Source: an uncultured delta proteobacterium (lineage in GTDB: Bacteria; Desulfobacterota; Desulfuromonadia; Geobacterales; DSM-12255). From it: 64,000 nucleotides of DNA. The stretch lies in assembly GCA_963787125.1 (NCBI GenBank), contig CAWBBV010000006.1, forward strand, positions 192,001 to 256,000, written 5' to 3'. Both the position numbers and the translations under genes were made by a program. Below the pieces are notes generated by a model. The model worked only from the letters and a program-made list of their open reading frames with translations, was not told where the DNA came from and did not search any database. Positions within the stretch are counted from its first letter, which is position 1; each line of letters starts with the position of its first letter. Shown here piece by piece: positions 1 to 9,955 of the stretch.

Positions 1-189
1 GATTGACCTATGATGAAGCCCCATGATCCGACTTTTGCAACGACCCAGTCTGCAGCGCGCTGACCGAGAGTCAGCTGTTCGTTAATCACTTCATTGACGT
101 TTTTGACCGGCGCATGATCATGCTGATATGGCAGGGGGAATTCTGGTATTGTCATCAATCAACTCCAGCAAGCATTCAGGCTGCTTTTT

Positions 190-687
190 TCACGTTTTTC
201 TCTTTTTCCTATCTTTAAAAAGGATAATCAGAAGATAAAAGACCACTCCGACGTTGATACTGAGCACAGTCACTTTTGGCCAGGATATGCGCTGCACAAC
301 CTCAAATACCTCGATAGGTATATACATTCCACCGGTAAGTATTGCAAACCACTCTGCCCAGGACTTTCTCAGCCACAGCCCCACGGCTTCTACCATCCGC
401 ACTATAAAGTACATGGCAGCCGCAATTGCCAGGCTCCAGAGCTTTGTATCGTTAACATTTGCCGTCAGGTCGAGAAATATTTGCGGATAATGGCTGGCAG
501 GATTCAAATGAAAGTGTTCGACCAGGCGCATGGCCGCGGCGTGGAGGTCTTTGTGAATGAATGAAAGCAGGCCAAAGCCTGCTAAAAGGACGAGCAGCCC
601 TTTAAAACCCTCAAAGAGCGCCACAATATGCAGTCCACGCGCGTGAGCATTTCCCGTTCCAGGTTTATGAGTTCTGCGCTGTTTCAT
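190..687 (-). CDS. DUF2127-like membrane protein
   Basis: 165-aa ORF with four hydrophobic segments and EAVGLW...WAEWF motif. Confidence 0.75.
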   Translation of the reverse strand: MKQRRTHKPGTGNAHARGLHIVALFEGFKGLLVLLAGFGLLSFIHKDLHAAAMRLVEHFHLNPASHYPQIFLDLTANVNDTKLWSLAIAAAMYFIVRMVEAVGLWLRKSWAEWFAILTGGMYIPIEVFEVVQRISWPKVTVLSINVGVVFYLLIILFKDRKKRKT

Positions 688-756
688 TTCCAGATCTCTG
701 TATTTGACAACAGCTGATCCCTATATAACAGCAGATCCTTTTTCAGTTGCGGATTG

Positions 757-1047
757 TTATTCAATCAGGGTCAGTTTGTGCACGATCTTCTCATCAATCA
801 GGCCATCAACGGCATTGACGTAATTTTTAAAATGATCCGTGTTCATGTGAGCTTGAAGATGGGCGAGACTCTCCCATGTTTCATAAAAGAAGAAAATCTC
901 CGGGCTGTCATTGTCCTGATGCAGAGCGTAGCCAATGCAACCCGTCTCTTTTCTTGTTGGTGCAATCATTTTAACAAGTTCGCTTTTGACGATCTCAAGA
1001 CTCCCCTTCTTTGCAACGATTTTCGCTACTACAGACAGTTTCGACAT
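757..1047 (-). CDS. Antibiotic biosynthesis monooxygenase (ABM) family protein
   Basis: TRKETGCIGYALH...FYETWES...HMNT motif. Confidence 0.85.
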   Translation of the reverse strand: MSKLSVVAKIVAKKGSLEIVKSELVKMIAPTRKETGCIGYALHQDNDSPEIFFFYETWESLAHLQAHMNTDHFKNYVNAVDGLIDEKIVHKLTLIE

Positions 1048-1082
1048 TTAGCACCTCTGAAATTTTAACCTGATGAATATCC

Positions 1083-1978
1083 TTACTTACATAAGCTTTC
1101 AAGAAACATCCGCACGCCCTTCTTTTCGCTGAACTTGAGGGCGCCCGTCAGACAATTACCCTTTTTCAGAATAATGACCGGGCCGTAGAGAGGATCGCCA
1201 CCTTCAAGAAAAAGTTCTTTTTCCTTTGAACCTCAAGCTTAGCATTAACCAGCTGAGAACGATAGCGATCTAGAACTGCCGCTGCGGAAACGTTTGTTTT
1301 ATCCAATAAGAGGAATATTTGAAAATTTACCCCTGCAACGACTACATCCGTCATAATGCCTTTACCCAGGAAATCATAGCCAAGGAGACTCTCCGGCAGA
1401 TAGCGCTCACTCCCTTTTACTGCCTCAGGACGATCTAAAACCTTGAGTTCAGGCGGCCTTTGCCTCTCAGCCGGCAATAATGCTGCGACCTTCCGGGCAC
1501 ATTCAGACAAAATATTTGAGTCGACACTGTCTGTCCCGGTCAGCTGAATATGGACAAAGTAGCGACCTTGATAGAAAAAGATTTGAGCACCGGAGAGATT
1601 TGCCTCAGTTCCGATGTCAAGCGTGCGCCCTTCTTTCTGGCGGTAGTTGGCATAGATTCCAAAAGCATCAAGCGGGGAACCCAGCCGGTAGAGTTCGACG
1701 TCGACTCCTTCAGCAGCTTTCTTCCCGAAGAGATAGCGAGCGGCGTCCATCCCGTCAAAACCATACGGGAAATAGAGTTCTGCTTCACCGTTGATCCGCT
1801 CGGAAAGAGTGTCCCGGTCGTACTTAACCGGTTTACCGTCGATCTGCCAGCCACTGCCGCAGGTGTCCGGCAGCGTTACTCCACCCTTCTCAGCAACTGC
1901 CACAGAGCTCAATGATATCAGGCAGAGGAGAGCCAACACCAGCTTGAACGAATAGCGCGTGCAACTTTTCAACTTCAT
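1083..1978 (-). CDS. Exported protein (DUF6599-like), apparent frameshift near 1225
   Basis: Signal peptide and INGEAELYFPYGF motif; ATG 1978 overlaps the upstream stop (ATGA). A plausible C-terminus (ELFLEGGDPLYGPVIILKKG...ESLCK*) continues in another frame after an A-rich run, stop at 1083. Confidence 0.6.
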
Positions 1979-3153
1979 GCGAACACTCCACGGGCTCGCG
2001 CCATCTTGGCAGCAATGTCGAGGCCGTTGACACAACGGGCGGTACACTCTCCACAAGCAACACATAATCCGGCATTTGTCTGTCCGGGAATTTCATCATA
2101 GGTCGAGCGGGCAAGTTCCATATCCCGGTAACCCCCTTCAGCATACATGAGGGCACGGTTGACAGTCGACACCTCCACCCCTTTTTGACACCCGGTTTCA
2201 CAAGATCCACAGAAAGAGCAGTAGAAAGAGGCTATCATTTCTGAATAATGATCGAGGCGACGCAGGTCTGCATAGGTAAACGGCATCCCCATGACGGCTA
2301 TATCTTCCTTCAACTGCGCCATATCCTTCATGCCCGGGATGGCTGCCGTCACTTTGGGATTCTGGAGCGCCCATTTTAAGGCTGCCTGGTGCGGGGTTAT
2401 TTTGCCCAAAGCCGTTGTTTCATAACCTCCGGCCTGAGTCTTCATGGCTATTATACCGATTCCGGCCGTACCGGCACGATTGATCGCCACAGACAGCTCC
2501 TTGTCGGACTTGAAGTTGTATTTGACAAGGCAGGTGTCAAAGAAACGATCAGGATCGTCAACCAGAGCGTTCAGCACCGCAACTTCATTTTTGTGGGTTG
2601 TTACGCCGCAAAAGCGGACTTTACCCTGTTTTTTAAGCAGGGTCAGAGCTTCGCGCGTTTCGGCAAAGAATATTCTCTCTGTTCCGGTAACGTTGTGCAG
2701 CTGGATGACATCTATATGATCGGTTCCGAGAGCTTTCAGGCTACTCTCCACATCCCGGATGATCTCGGCTTTAGTTTTGGATTCGGAAGGGGTCTTGGTG
2801 GCAAGATAAACTTTATCGCGCAGCCCTTTAACAGCTTTGGCAACGATCTCCTCGTTCTTCCCCCCCATATACTTGCGGGCAGTGTCGATATAATTGATGC
2901 CCTGCCCGATAGCGGCACGGATGACTTCCGGTTCCGGGGTGAGCATGGCGCCGAAACTGACAACTGTTATTTCCAGGCCGGTGCGCCCCAAAGTCCGGTA
3001 AACCGGCTTGGGCAAAGGAGCGGGATCGGCTGCAGCCAGCTGTTGCAGAGCCTCTGCCATAACCGGCGGAGCGATCAGCGCTGTTGCAGCGCCGACCATA
3101 CCAGCCTGGATAAAAGTCCTGCGGTTCATCCCCGTTTTCTCATTTTTATCCAT
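1975..3153 (-). CDS. Tat-exported aldo/keto reductase with C-terminal 4Fe-4S cysteine motifs
   Basis: NRRTFIQ Tat motif, YRTLGRTG, IDTARKY, CxxCxxCxxxC motifs. Confidence 0.85.
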   Translation of the reverse strand: MDKNEKTGMNRRTFIQAGMVGAATALIAPPVMAEALQQLAAADPAPLPKPVYRTLGRTGLEITVVSFGAMLTPEPEVIRAAIGQGINYIDTARKYMGGKNEEIVAKAVKGLRDKVYLATKTPSESKTKAEIIRDVESSLKALGTDHIDVIQLHNVTGTERIFFAETREALTLLKKQGKVRFCGVTTHKNEVAVLNALVDDPDRFFDTCLVKYNFKSDKELSVAINRAGTAGIGIIAMKTQAGGYETTALGKITPHQAALKWALQNPKVTAAIPGMKDMAQLKEDIAVMGMPFTYADLRRLDHYSEMIASFYCSFCGSCETGCQKGVEVSTVNRALMYAEGGYRDMELARSTYDEIPGQTNAGLCVACGECTARCVNGLDIAAKMARARGVFA

Positions 3154-3192
3154 AAAAACCCTCCCGATTTTGAATCAAAAAAGTTTCACTTT

Positions 3193-4323
3193 TCAGCCCA
3201 TATTAAGACAGAGCGCTGCATAGATACGGGCAGCAGCATTAATTTCTGTGAGTTTGACATGTTCATCCGGGGTATGCGCGGTTTCCAGCAAGCCTGGACC
3301 AAGAATGAGCGGTTTGCAGCCGGCAGCAAAAAACATATTGCCGTCCGAATGGGAGCGGAAGGCATCCTGATGGAAATCCAGATCAAGCAGAGGATATATA
3401 TCCCGGAGAGTTTCGGCAACTCTGTTACCAGTGCCTATATCATAGCCGGCAGAAGCAAACTCAAAAGCAACCTCCATCTCAAGACATGAAACAACGCCAT
3501 CGGCTTCGATAACAAGTTGGCGAATAGAATCCTGAAGAGCAAGCGGATCCCTGTCCGGGGGGAGATGCAGGTCTATCCAGGCTTCACACCGATCCGGCAC
3601 TACAAAACCGGCGCGCGACGAGCGCAGCTCCCGGATCGAATAGACAATCTCGGATTGGGCCCGATCAAAGAGAGGATCCTGCCCAAGAAAAAGCAGTGCC
3701 CGCAGCATCGACTCCACGGCGTTATGCCCGAGTTCCGGGAGAGAGGAGTGACTCTGCCGGCCATGGGTAACGAAACCCGCTTCAAGATAACCGTAATGGG
3801 CAAAACAGGCTGCAAGGCCGGTAGGTTCTCCGATTACAACCCATGGCGGTCGGCACTCTTTCAAAAAGGCATCGCTGCCATCGCCGTTCTCCTCTTCGCC
3901 CACCACCAGCAAAAGTCCGACTGCCGGGCGTTTTGCCGGAGGAAGTGCATCGGCTATAGCCAAAAAAGCCTCGACCATGGCAGCGCACCCTCCCTTCATA
4001 TCGGCACTGCCAAGCCCGCGGATGACATCGCCGTTCTCACAAGGACCAAAAGCCTCCAGATCCCAGGCTGGGACAGTATCCACATGACCAACAAGGTAAA
4101 GGAGCGGCTCTTCTTCACCCATCGTTACCCGCAGGTTGTAACGCTCCTCATCAACCTCCTGGCGCGTAACTACAAAACCAGCCCGACTTAAGAGATCTTC
4201 AAGGTGGAGTTGAATGTCTTCTTCTTTTCCTGACGGTGAATAAATTTCCAGCAGATCAAGAACAGTTCTGTGCAAACGGTCTGGATCGATAGCCTGCCAA
4301 ACACGGTTCAAACGGTCTGTCAT
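3193..4323 (-). CDS. M20 family metallopeptidase/deacetylase (ArgE/DapE-like)
   Basis: GHVDTV, GSADMKGG, GEEE, GEPT, AHTPDE motifs. Confidence 0.9.
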   Translation of the reverse strand: MTDRLNRVWQAIDPDRLHRTVLDLLEIYSPSGKEEDIQLHLEDLLSRAGFVVTRQEVDEERYNLRVTMGEEEPLLYLVGHVDTVPAWDLEAFGPCENGDVIRGLGSADMKGGCAAMVEAFLAIADALPPAKRPAVGLLLVVGEEENGDGSDAFLKECRPPWVVIGEPTGLAACFAHYGYLEAGFVTHGRQSHSSLPELGHNAVESMLRALLFLGQDPLFDRAQSEIVYSIRELRSSRAGFVVPDRCEAWIDLHLPPDRDPLALQDSIRQLVIEADGVVSCLEMEVAFEFASAGYDIGTGNRVAETLRDIYPLLDLDFHQDAFRSHSDGNMFFAAGCKPLILGPGLLETAHTPDEHVKLTEINAAARIYAALCLNMG

Positions 4324-4832
4324 GGCTTCTTGACCGCTTTCTTTTTCGTTTTGCGGCTCAGGTTAAGCGACATATACAGATGCTGCTGAGTATCACCGAA
4401 TCCCTGTTTTTTGAAGAAATTGATTGCAGGCTGATTGTCGGCGGCGGTGTCGATCATGATCATTCGCACCCCCTGCTCCTTCATCCGGCGCTTGATCTCC
4501 TTGAACAGGCCACTCCCAACACCGCTCTGCTGAAGTCCGCTGCGAACCCCCAGCCAGACCAGATAGCCGTATTTCCACGGCGAATTGTGTTTTTCCACTG
4601 TAGTCCCGAGAGCGAAGCCAAGAATCTTCTCTCCGGCTTCCGCCACAAGACAGAGGTGGTTGTCGGAATTGTAGAGGGTCGTGATCTCGTATTCATCCCA
4701 GGTCCGGTAAAGACTTTGGGAATATTCAGCGGTAAAGACCTGCTCCCCGATATGAAACACTTCCGGAAAATCATCTATGGACATATTCCTAAAGCGCAGA
4801 GTACTGTCAACTCCTGAAGCCGGTTCTGTCAT
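4320..4832 (-). CDS. GNAT family N-acetyltransferase
   Basis: QQSGVGSGL acetyl-CoA motif, NQPAINFFKKQGF; coupled to the M20 gene. Confidence 0.85.
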   Translation of the reverse strand: MTEPASGVDSTLRFRNMSIDDFPEVFHIGEQVFTAEYSQSLYRTWDEYEITTLYNSDNHLCLVAEAGEKILGFALGTTVEKHNSPWKYGYLVWLGVRSGLQQSGVGSGLFKEIKRRMKEQGVRMIMIDTAADNQPAINFFKKQGFGDTQQHLYMSLNLSRKTKKKAVKKP

Positions 4833-5302
4833 GGTGAGACCTCTTAACACCCAGATAGTTATTCAACAGCGGTACTTTTAACTTTAACAGGTTTTCAGCG
4901 TGTCGCATGTCTCCATTAGAGACTATTCTTCCCGCCTCGCTCAATTCAGTCCCATCTCTCAGGAACAAGTAGTGAGTTTTTCAGTTGGACTGCGCCGCAC
5001 TCTTGTCAAATTATAATCCAAGTGAACTATCCACAAAGCGGTGTTGACAGGTTCACTTTATCTGTGGAGAAGAGCGAGAAAACCCCCTGACTTCAGGCCC
5101 CCTCCTCAACGTCTAAAAATCAGACAACCCATGTAACTAACTGAAATACAGCGCCAATAGCAATTTAATATTAGCTGACAACTGGCTTTTAAGCCTGTTC
5201 AAAACACCAGGTTAATATTGATTTTTTTCCGAAGCACTGACGAAACCGGTTTCAATGTTATACTTATGAATCAAAGTCAAGCAACTCGGAGAGGAGACTA
5301 CC

Positions 5303-6082
5303 ATGGCTGACCTGATGCCGGCAATATTCTTCGGGCATGGCAATCCGATGAATGCCATTGCAAATAACGATTATACCAAAGGGTGGCAGGCTATCGGCCA
5401 GACCGTTCACCGCCCCGCAGCAGTGCTGGTTCTATCCGCTCACTGGTACATCCAGGGGTGCAAGGTGACCGCCAATGTTGCTCCGCGCACGATCCATGAT
5501 TTTGGCGGTTTTCCGAAAGAGCTTTTTGCTGTTGCATATCCTGCCCCCGGCAGCCCGGAACTGGCCCAGCGCGTCAAGGAACTCCTTGCGCCTGTCGCAG
5601 TCGAACTCGATGACAGCTGGGGACTGGATCACGGTACCTGGTCAGTCCTGACACATGTATTTCCGCAGGCAGATATTCCCGTTGTGCAACTCAGCATAGA
5701 CAGCAGACAACCAGCGATCTTCCATTATGAATTGGGAAAAAGGCTGGCAAAACTGCGGGAGGAAGGGGTACTGGTCATCGGCAGTGGCAATCTCGTTCAC
5801 AACCTGCACACATACGCCTGGGGGGAAACCGGTATACCCCCCTTTGACTGGGCCGTGCGCTTTGAACAGAAGATTCTGGAGTTACTGCTCCAGGGCGATG
5901 ATGCCGGCATTATCGCTTATGAGGAGCTTGGCCACGATGCGCTGCTCTCTGTGCCGACTCCTGATCACTACCTGCCCTTGCTATACATCCTTGGCCTTCG
6001 CCGGGGAGATGACGCAGTCAGCTTCCCGCTGCAGGGGGTAGATGGCGGTTCAACCTCCATGCTTACGATCCGGATAGGATGA
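5303..6082 (+). CDS. ygiD: 4,5-DOPA extradiol dioxygenase
   Basis: FFGHGNPM, TIHDFGGFP, WGLDHG, SGNLVHNL, PTPDHYLPL motifs; GGAG RBS. Confidence 0.9.
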   Translation: MADLMPAIFFGHGNPMNAIANNDYTKGWQAIGQTVHRPAAVLVLSAHWYIQGCKVTANVAPRTIHDFGGFPKELFAVAYPAPGSPELAQRVKELLAPVAVELDDSWGLDHGTWSVLTHVFPQADIPVVQLSIDSRQPAIFHYELGKRLAKLREEGVLVIGSGNLVHNLHTYAWGETGIPPFDWAVRFEQKILELLLQGDDAGIIAYEELGHDALLSVPTPDHYLPLLYILGLRRGDDAVSFPLQGVDGGSTSMLTIRIG

Positions 6083-6262
6083 CCAATAAGAGGCGGGAGT
6101 TGGCACAACATTTGGCCGCTTTTTCCGGAGTCAGTGGAGCAGTAGAGCCAGCCGGAATTTAATAAGTATCTATTCCTTTGTTTCAGGGGCAAACTCGACT
6201 AGTTTGAATCTGGAAAAAATTGCAGCCTGCACGCTAGCCAGCCAATTATTGAGGATACGGAA

Positions 6263-7093
6263 ATGCCAGCTAAAATCTCTGCCGTTATGATTGCCTGCAC
6301 GCTGTTTTTCACCGCAGCCGTGGCAGTCAATGCCGAAATCGTCACCGTTGGCGGTTCCGGCGGCATGATACCTTTGCTGACGACCCTCGGCGAGGCTTAT
6401 ATGAAAAAGCATCCACAGGATGAGATCCAGGTAAACCCTAACTCCCTTACCCAGTCAGGGGGAATTCTGGCGGCGAAGACCGGCGCAGTGGACATCGGCA
6501 TGTCGGCCCGCCAACTGGATGCAAGAGAACTGAGCTACAGTGTAGACAGTTATCATATTGCTGATGTGGCGGCCGGTGTGGCGGTTCACAGCAATGTGAC
6601 GGTCAAGACCATTACGTCAAAACAGCTGTGCGCTATTTACTCGGGGAAAATTCACAACTGGCGGGAGCTCGGCGGTCACGATGCCAAAATTGTTGTTTTT
6701 ACCAGACCTGACAGTGACTCGACCAAACAGGCGTTTCGTCAGGCAATCCCCTGTTTCAACGAACTGAGAGAAACACCTGAAGTCATCAGCATGTTCACCT
6801 CCAATGCCATGTTAGCCGTGCTGCAGCGAACACCTGATTCTATCGGCATTATCGACTCAATTGCCCTTGAACAGTCCCGCGGCAGGGCCCGCCTGCTCAG
6901 GCTTGACGGCAAAAGTGCCACGGCTGAAGAAGTAGCCGGCGGTCGCTGGCCGATAATCAAAAGATATACGCTGGTACTCGGGAAAGACCGCAGCAAAGCC
7001 GTTGACCGCTTCATGCGCTTTATCAAGTCCCGGGAAGGAGCCGCCCTGATCAGCAAACATAACAGCCTCCCGATTACTTTTCCCTACCCTTGA
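6263..7093 (+). CDS. PstS-like periplasmic substrate-binding protein
   Basis: Signal peptide, VGGSG, DIGMSAR, IYSGKIHNWRELGG. Confidence 0.8.
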   Translation: MPAKISAVMIACTLFFTAAVAVNAEIVTVGGSGGMIPLLTTLGEAYMKKHPQDEIQVNPNSLTQSGGILAAKTGAVDIGMSARQLDARELSYSVDSYHIADVAAGVAVHSNVTVKTITSKQLCAIYSGKIHNWRELGGHDAKIVVFTRPDSDSTKQAFRQAIPCFNELRETPEVISMFTSNAMLAVLQRTPDSIGIIDSIALEQSRGRARLLRLDGKSATAEEVAGGRWPIIKRYTLVLGKDRSKAVDRFMRFIKSREGAALISKHNSLPITFPYP

Positions 7094-7131
7094 CAAGGAG
7101 GATATAACTCATCGTTGTGGTCGTTTTACGA

Positions 7132-7539
7132 CTACCTGACCGTTATACCCGCCGCATATAGTGCATACTTTCTATCCTCTTCCAGCACATGGTGTAAAAG
7201 CCATTTGCCGATAAAGACGATCAGCTCCTTGGTCAACTCCAGCTGATTCGTGTGACGAATCCGCTTCATCTCCTCCATCTTGAAAACAAAATTGTTATGC
7301 CTCTCGACATGATCGTCAACCTCAAAATATTCAATCCGGCGCATATACTCCTCTTCCGCCTTGAAATGATATTCGGTGTAGGCAAGCAATTCATCAAGCT
7401 TGGGGCTGACACAATTCTCGTTGTCAACATCGAGACACTCAGCGTACAAACGATTAAGAATTGAAATCAGCTTTTTGTGATGGCTGTCCAACTCCTCATT
7501 ATTGACTGAAAAATCATCATTCCAGGACATGAGCGGCAT
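7132..7539 (-). CDS. Bacteriohemerythrin
   Basis: W-x4-SV-x4-D-x-HH, HFKAEE, H-x3-H, WL-x2-H-x3-ED motifs; start at MPLMSW after GGAG. Confidence 0.9.
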   Translation of the reverse strand: MPLMSWNDDFSVNNEELDSHHKKLISILNRLYAECLDVDNENCVSPKLDELLAYTEYHFKAEEEYMRRIEYFEVDDHVERHNNFVFKMEEMKRIRHTNQLELTKELIVFIGKWLLHHVLEEDRKYALYAAGITVR

Positions 7540-7720
7540 AGTCTCTTCTCCATGATTGCAGATTACCGAAACAGTGAAAACATTTGCAACGGTCTTAAAA
7601 AGGGTGACATCCGTAGACTGACAAACCTTATGGAACGTATTGCGAATTCTTTTCAGTTTATCGGCGCTCAACATAATTCAACTTGCGAACCTAAAAAGCC
7701 CGACACAGCCGGGATAAAAA

Positions 7721-8101
7721 TCATTTGGTCAGCGGAAGAGCTTTTACAGGTTCACTGGTAATCGATCTTTCGATATTTGCACTTTTATCCCCATAAACTA
7801 CAGTGCAGTTGGTGCTGAACGGAAAATACCAATATCCGGTTTCACCGATCAGTTCTACGGTGTTGATGTTACCGTTAGCCGCAGCTGTTATTATTGAACC
7901 ATCTCCGAAAATGGGAATGAAATAGAACATATTTAATGTACAGGATGACCCTTTTTTCATTGAAGTCAGATCAATAAATTTAATATTCTCAACTCCAACT
8001 GGAGTGTTGTCGGCATACCGCAATGTCTTGGCAAGATCCTTTGTACTTGTACAACCCGAAGTACCTAGTAAAATAGTTAAAACAGCCAGCAATTTTTTCA
8101 T
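7721..8101 (-). CDS. TRL-like lipoprotein
   Basis: Lipobox TSGC, GSSC...GDGSIITAA...CTVVYG. Confidence 0.65.
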   Translation of the reverse strand: MKKLLAVLTILLGTSGCTSTKDLAKTLRYADNTPVGVENIKFIDLTSMKKGSSCTLNMFYFIPIFGDGSIITAAANGNINTVELIGETGYWYFPFSTNCTVVYGDKSANIERSITSEPVKALPLTK

Positions 8102-8125
8102 ATCGATCCTCCTGTACCCTTTAGT

Positions 8126-9947
8126 CGTTGTGTCAAACTTCTTGACATGTCTTTTTGCTTTTCAGTTCTAATTTCAATGCATTACCAATCAAAGTCTTGC
8201 CTCCCCCCGTGATTCTGGTTAAGAATGCCAGTTATGGAGGGCTAGCTCATGTCGTACCTATCCAAAACTGCCCGGTTTGTTGTCTGGATTTGCTCCAAGT
8301 TTACAAAGACCGAGATTGAACAGATCGTCGTCGGGTTGTCAGATGTCCTCGAAAATCGTAATCCTGAAGTTAAGCCAAAGGACGATTTCAAAGAGAAACA
8401 TCCGAACTACAGAAACTTTATTGTCGATCCCAAGCCGCCACTGACTGAGCCCCCAAAGTTTAAAAAAAAGACCTCGATCAAAAAGACTACCGGCAACTCC
8501 TGATTGAGTACGAAACACTTCACGGAAAGTCTCTTGCTCCGGTCAAGCTCCGGGCGGGTTCATCACCGGTTCCAGTGCATGTCACCTGTCCCTGCTGCGG
8601 AGCGCCAAATACTTATCTCTACTTCAACGACGGAAAGAAGCGCTCTCAAGTTCTCTGCAAGGTTTGCTCTCAACTCTTCCAACTCCAACAGCGCTTCAGA
8701 ACCAACAGAAAGTCAAAGCTCTTCTGTCCCCATTGCGGGCTGGCTCTCTTCAGGTGGAAGTCGCAAAAGGAAGTGACCATCCACAAGTGCCCAAATGATA
8801 ACTGTCCTCACCGTATCCAGGCGCTTGCCAAGCTCAATAAAGCCGAGAAAGAGCTGATGAAAAAGAAAAGTTCTCAGTTCAAAATCAACTACCAGTACCG
8901 CGAATATCACTACAAACCGGAAGAGTTGGAACTCTCTTCTCCGGACAAACCGCCGGTCGAACTGGCGAGAATCCATAACAGCGAAAACGTGCTTGGCCTG
9001 ATTCTGACTTTCTATGTTTCATTCGCCGTTCCGGCCAGAAAAACTGCTCAAATCCTGCGCGAAGTCTTCTGTATCAAGGTTTCTCATCAGACAGTTCTCA
9101 ATTATGCCGCTGGCGCCGCCTGGCACTGCCACCGATTCAATCTCAAGCATAAAGGCCATATCGATAATATCTCTGCAGGTGATGAGACCTACATCAAGAT
9201 CCTGGGCAAGCACCATTATGTCTTCTTTTTTATCTCGGCAAAGAACCTGAAAATCTCCGCCTATCACGTGGCCGATAACAGGGGCACTCAGCCTGCCATT
9301 ATCGCTATGAATGAAGCCATCAGGACTGCTTCTGCCGATCAGCAAATAACCCTTGTCAGCGACGGAAACCCTTCTTATCCAGCTGGCATTCATTTCATCA
9401 ATGCCCAGACTGATGATTCCCAGACGATTCAGCACAAAAAGGTTATTGGCCTCCAAAACCTTGATGCCGAGTCCGAAGAGTACAGATCCTTCAAGCAGCT
9501 CGTTGAGCGGCTCAACAGAACCTTCAAGTATCATGTAAGGCCAGCAGCAGGATTCAACAGCACAAACGGTGCGGTATCTTTAACTACGCTGTTTGTGACC
9601 CACTACAACTTCCTCAGGCCTCACATGTCGCTAAAATATCTACCACCGGTGCCTTTGCAGGAGTTGAAGGCACTGCCGACCATTCAGGCTAGATGGACCA
9701 AGATCCTCTCGCTAGCTGCCTGACTTCCCGTCTTCAAAGATCAATTTACTGATTGTTGTTTTAATCTGACCAACTATCTCACGTGCCTGGTCACAGAGTG
9801 GCTTGCCCAAAATTCAAGCCAGTAACCACAAAGTAGTGAAGTCACAGTCTGGACAGACTCGGAAAAGATGCAGATGAAGGGCATCGTTTACTTTCGAGTA
9901 CTTTCCATTTCAATATCCCGGCTTTTCATGAAACTTTTGACACTATC
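8126..9947 (+). mobile_element. IS6-like DDE insertion sequence, copy 1 (1822 bp)
   Basis: Ends CGTTGTGTCAAA / TTTGACACTATC form imperfect IRs; 8-bp direct repeat CCTTTAGT at 8118-8125 and 9948-9955. Confidence 0.9.
8249..9723 (+). CDS. Transposase (orfA 8249-8503 joined by -1 frameshift to zinc-finger/DDE orfB)
   Basis: GDETYIK, SDGNPSY, VERLNRTFK catalytic motifs; CxxC pairs; A AAA AAG at 8464-8470. Confidence 0.85.
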
Positions 9948-9955
9948 CCTTTAGT

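Noticed and set aside
5020..5075. DnaA-box-like words (CTATCCACA, TGTGGAGAA) suggesting oriC
   Set aside because: Only two imperfect boxes, and no dnaA/dnaN context.
6101..6116. Sigma54-like promoter TGGCAC-N5-TTGG upstream of the PstS-like gene
   Set aside because: The -12 GC is displaced by one base.
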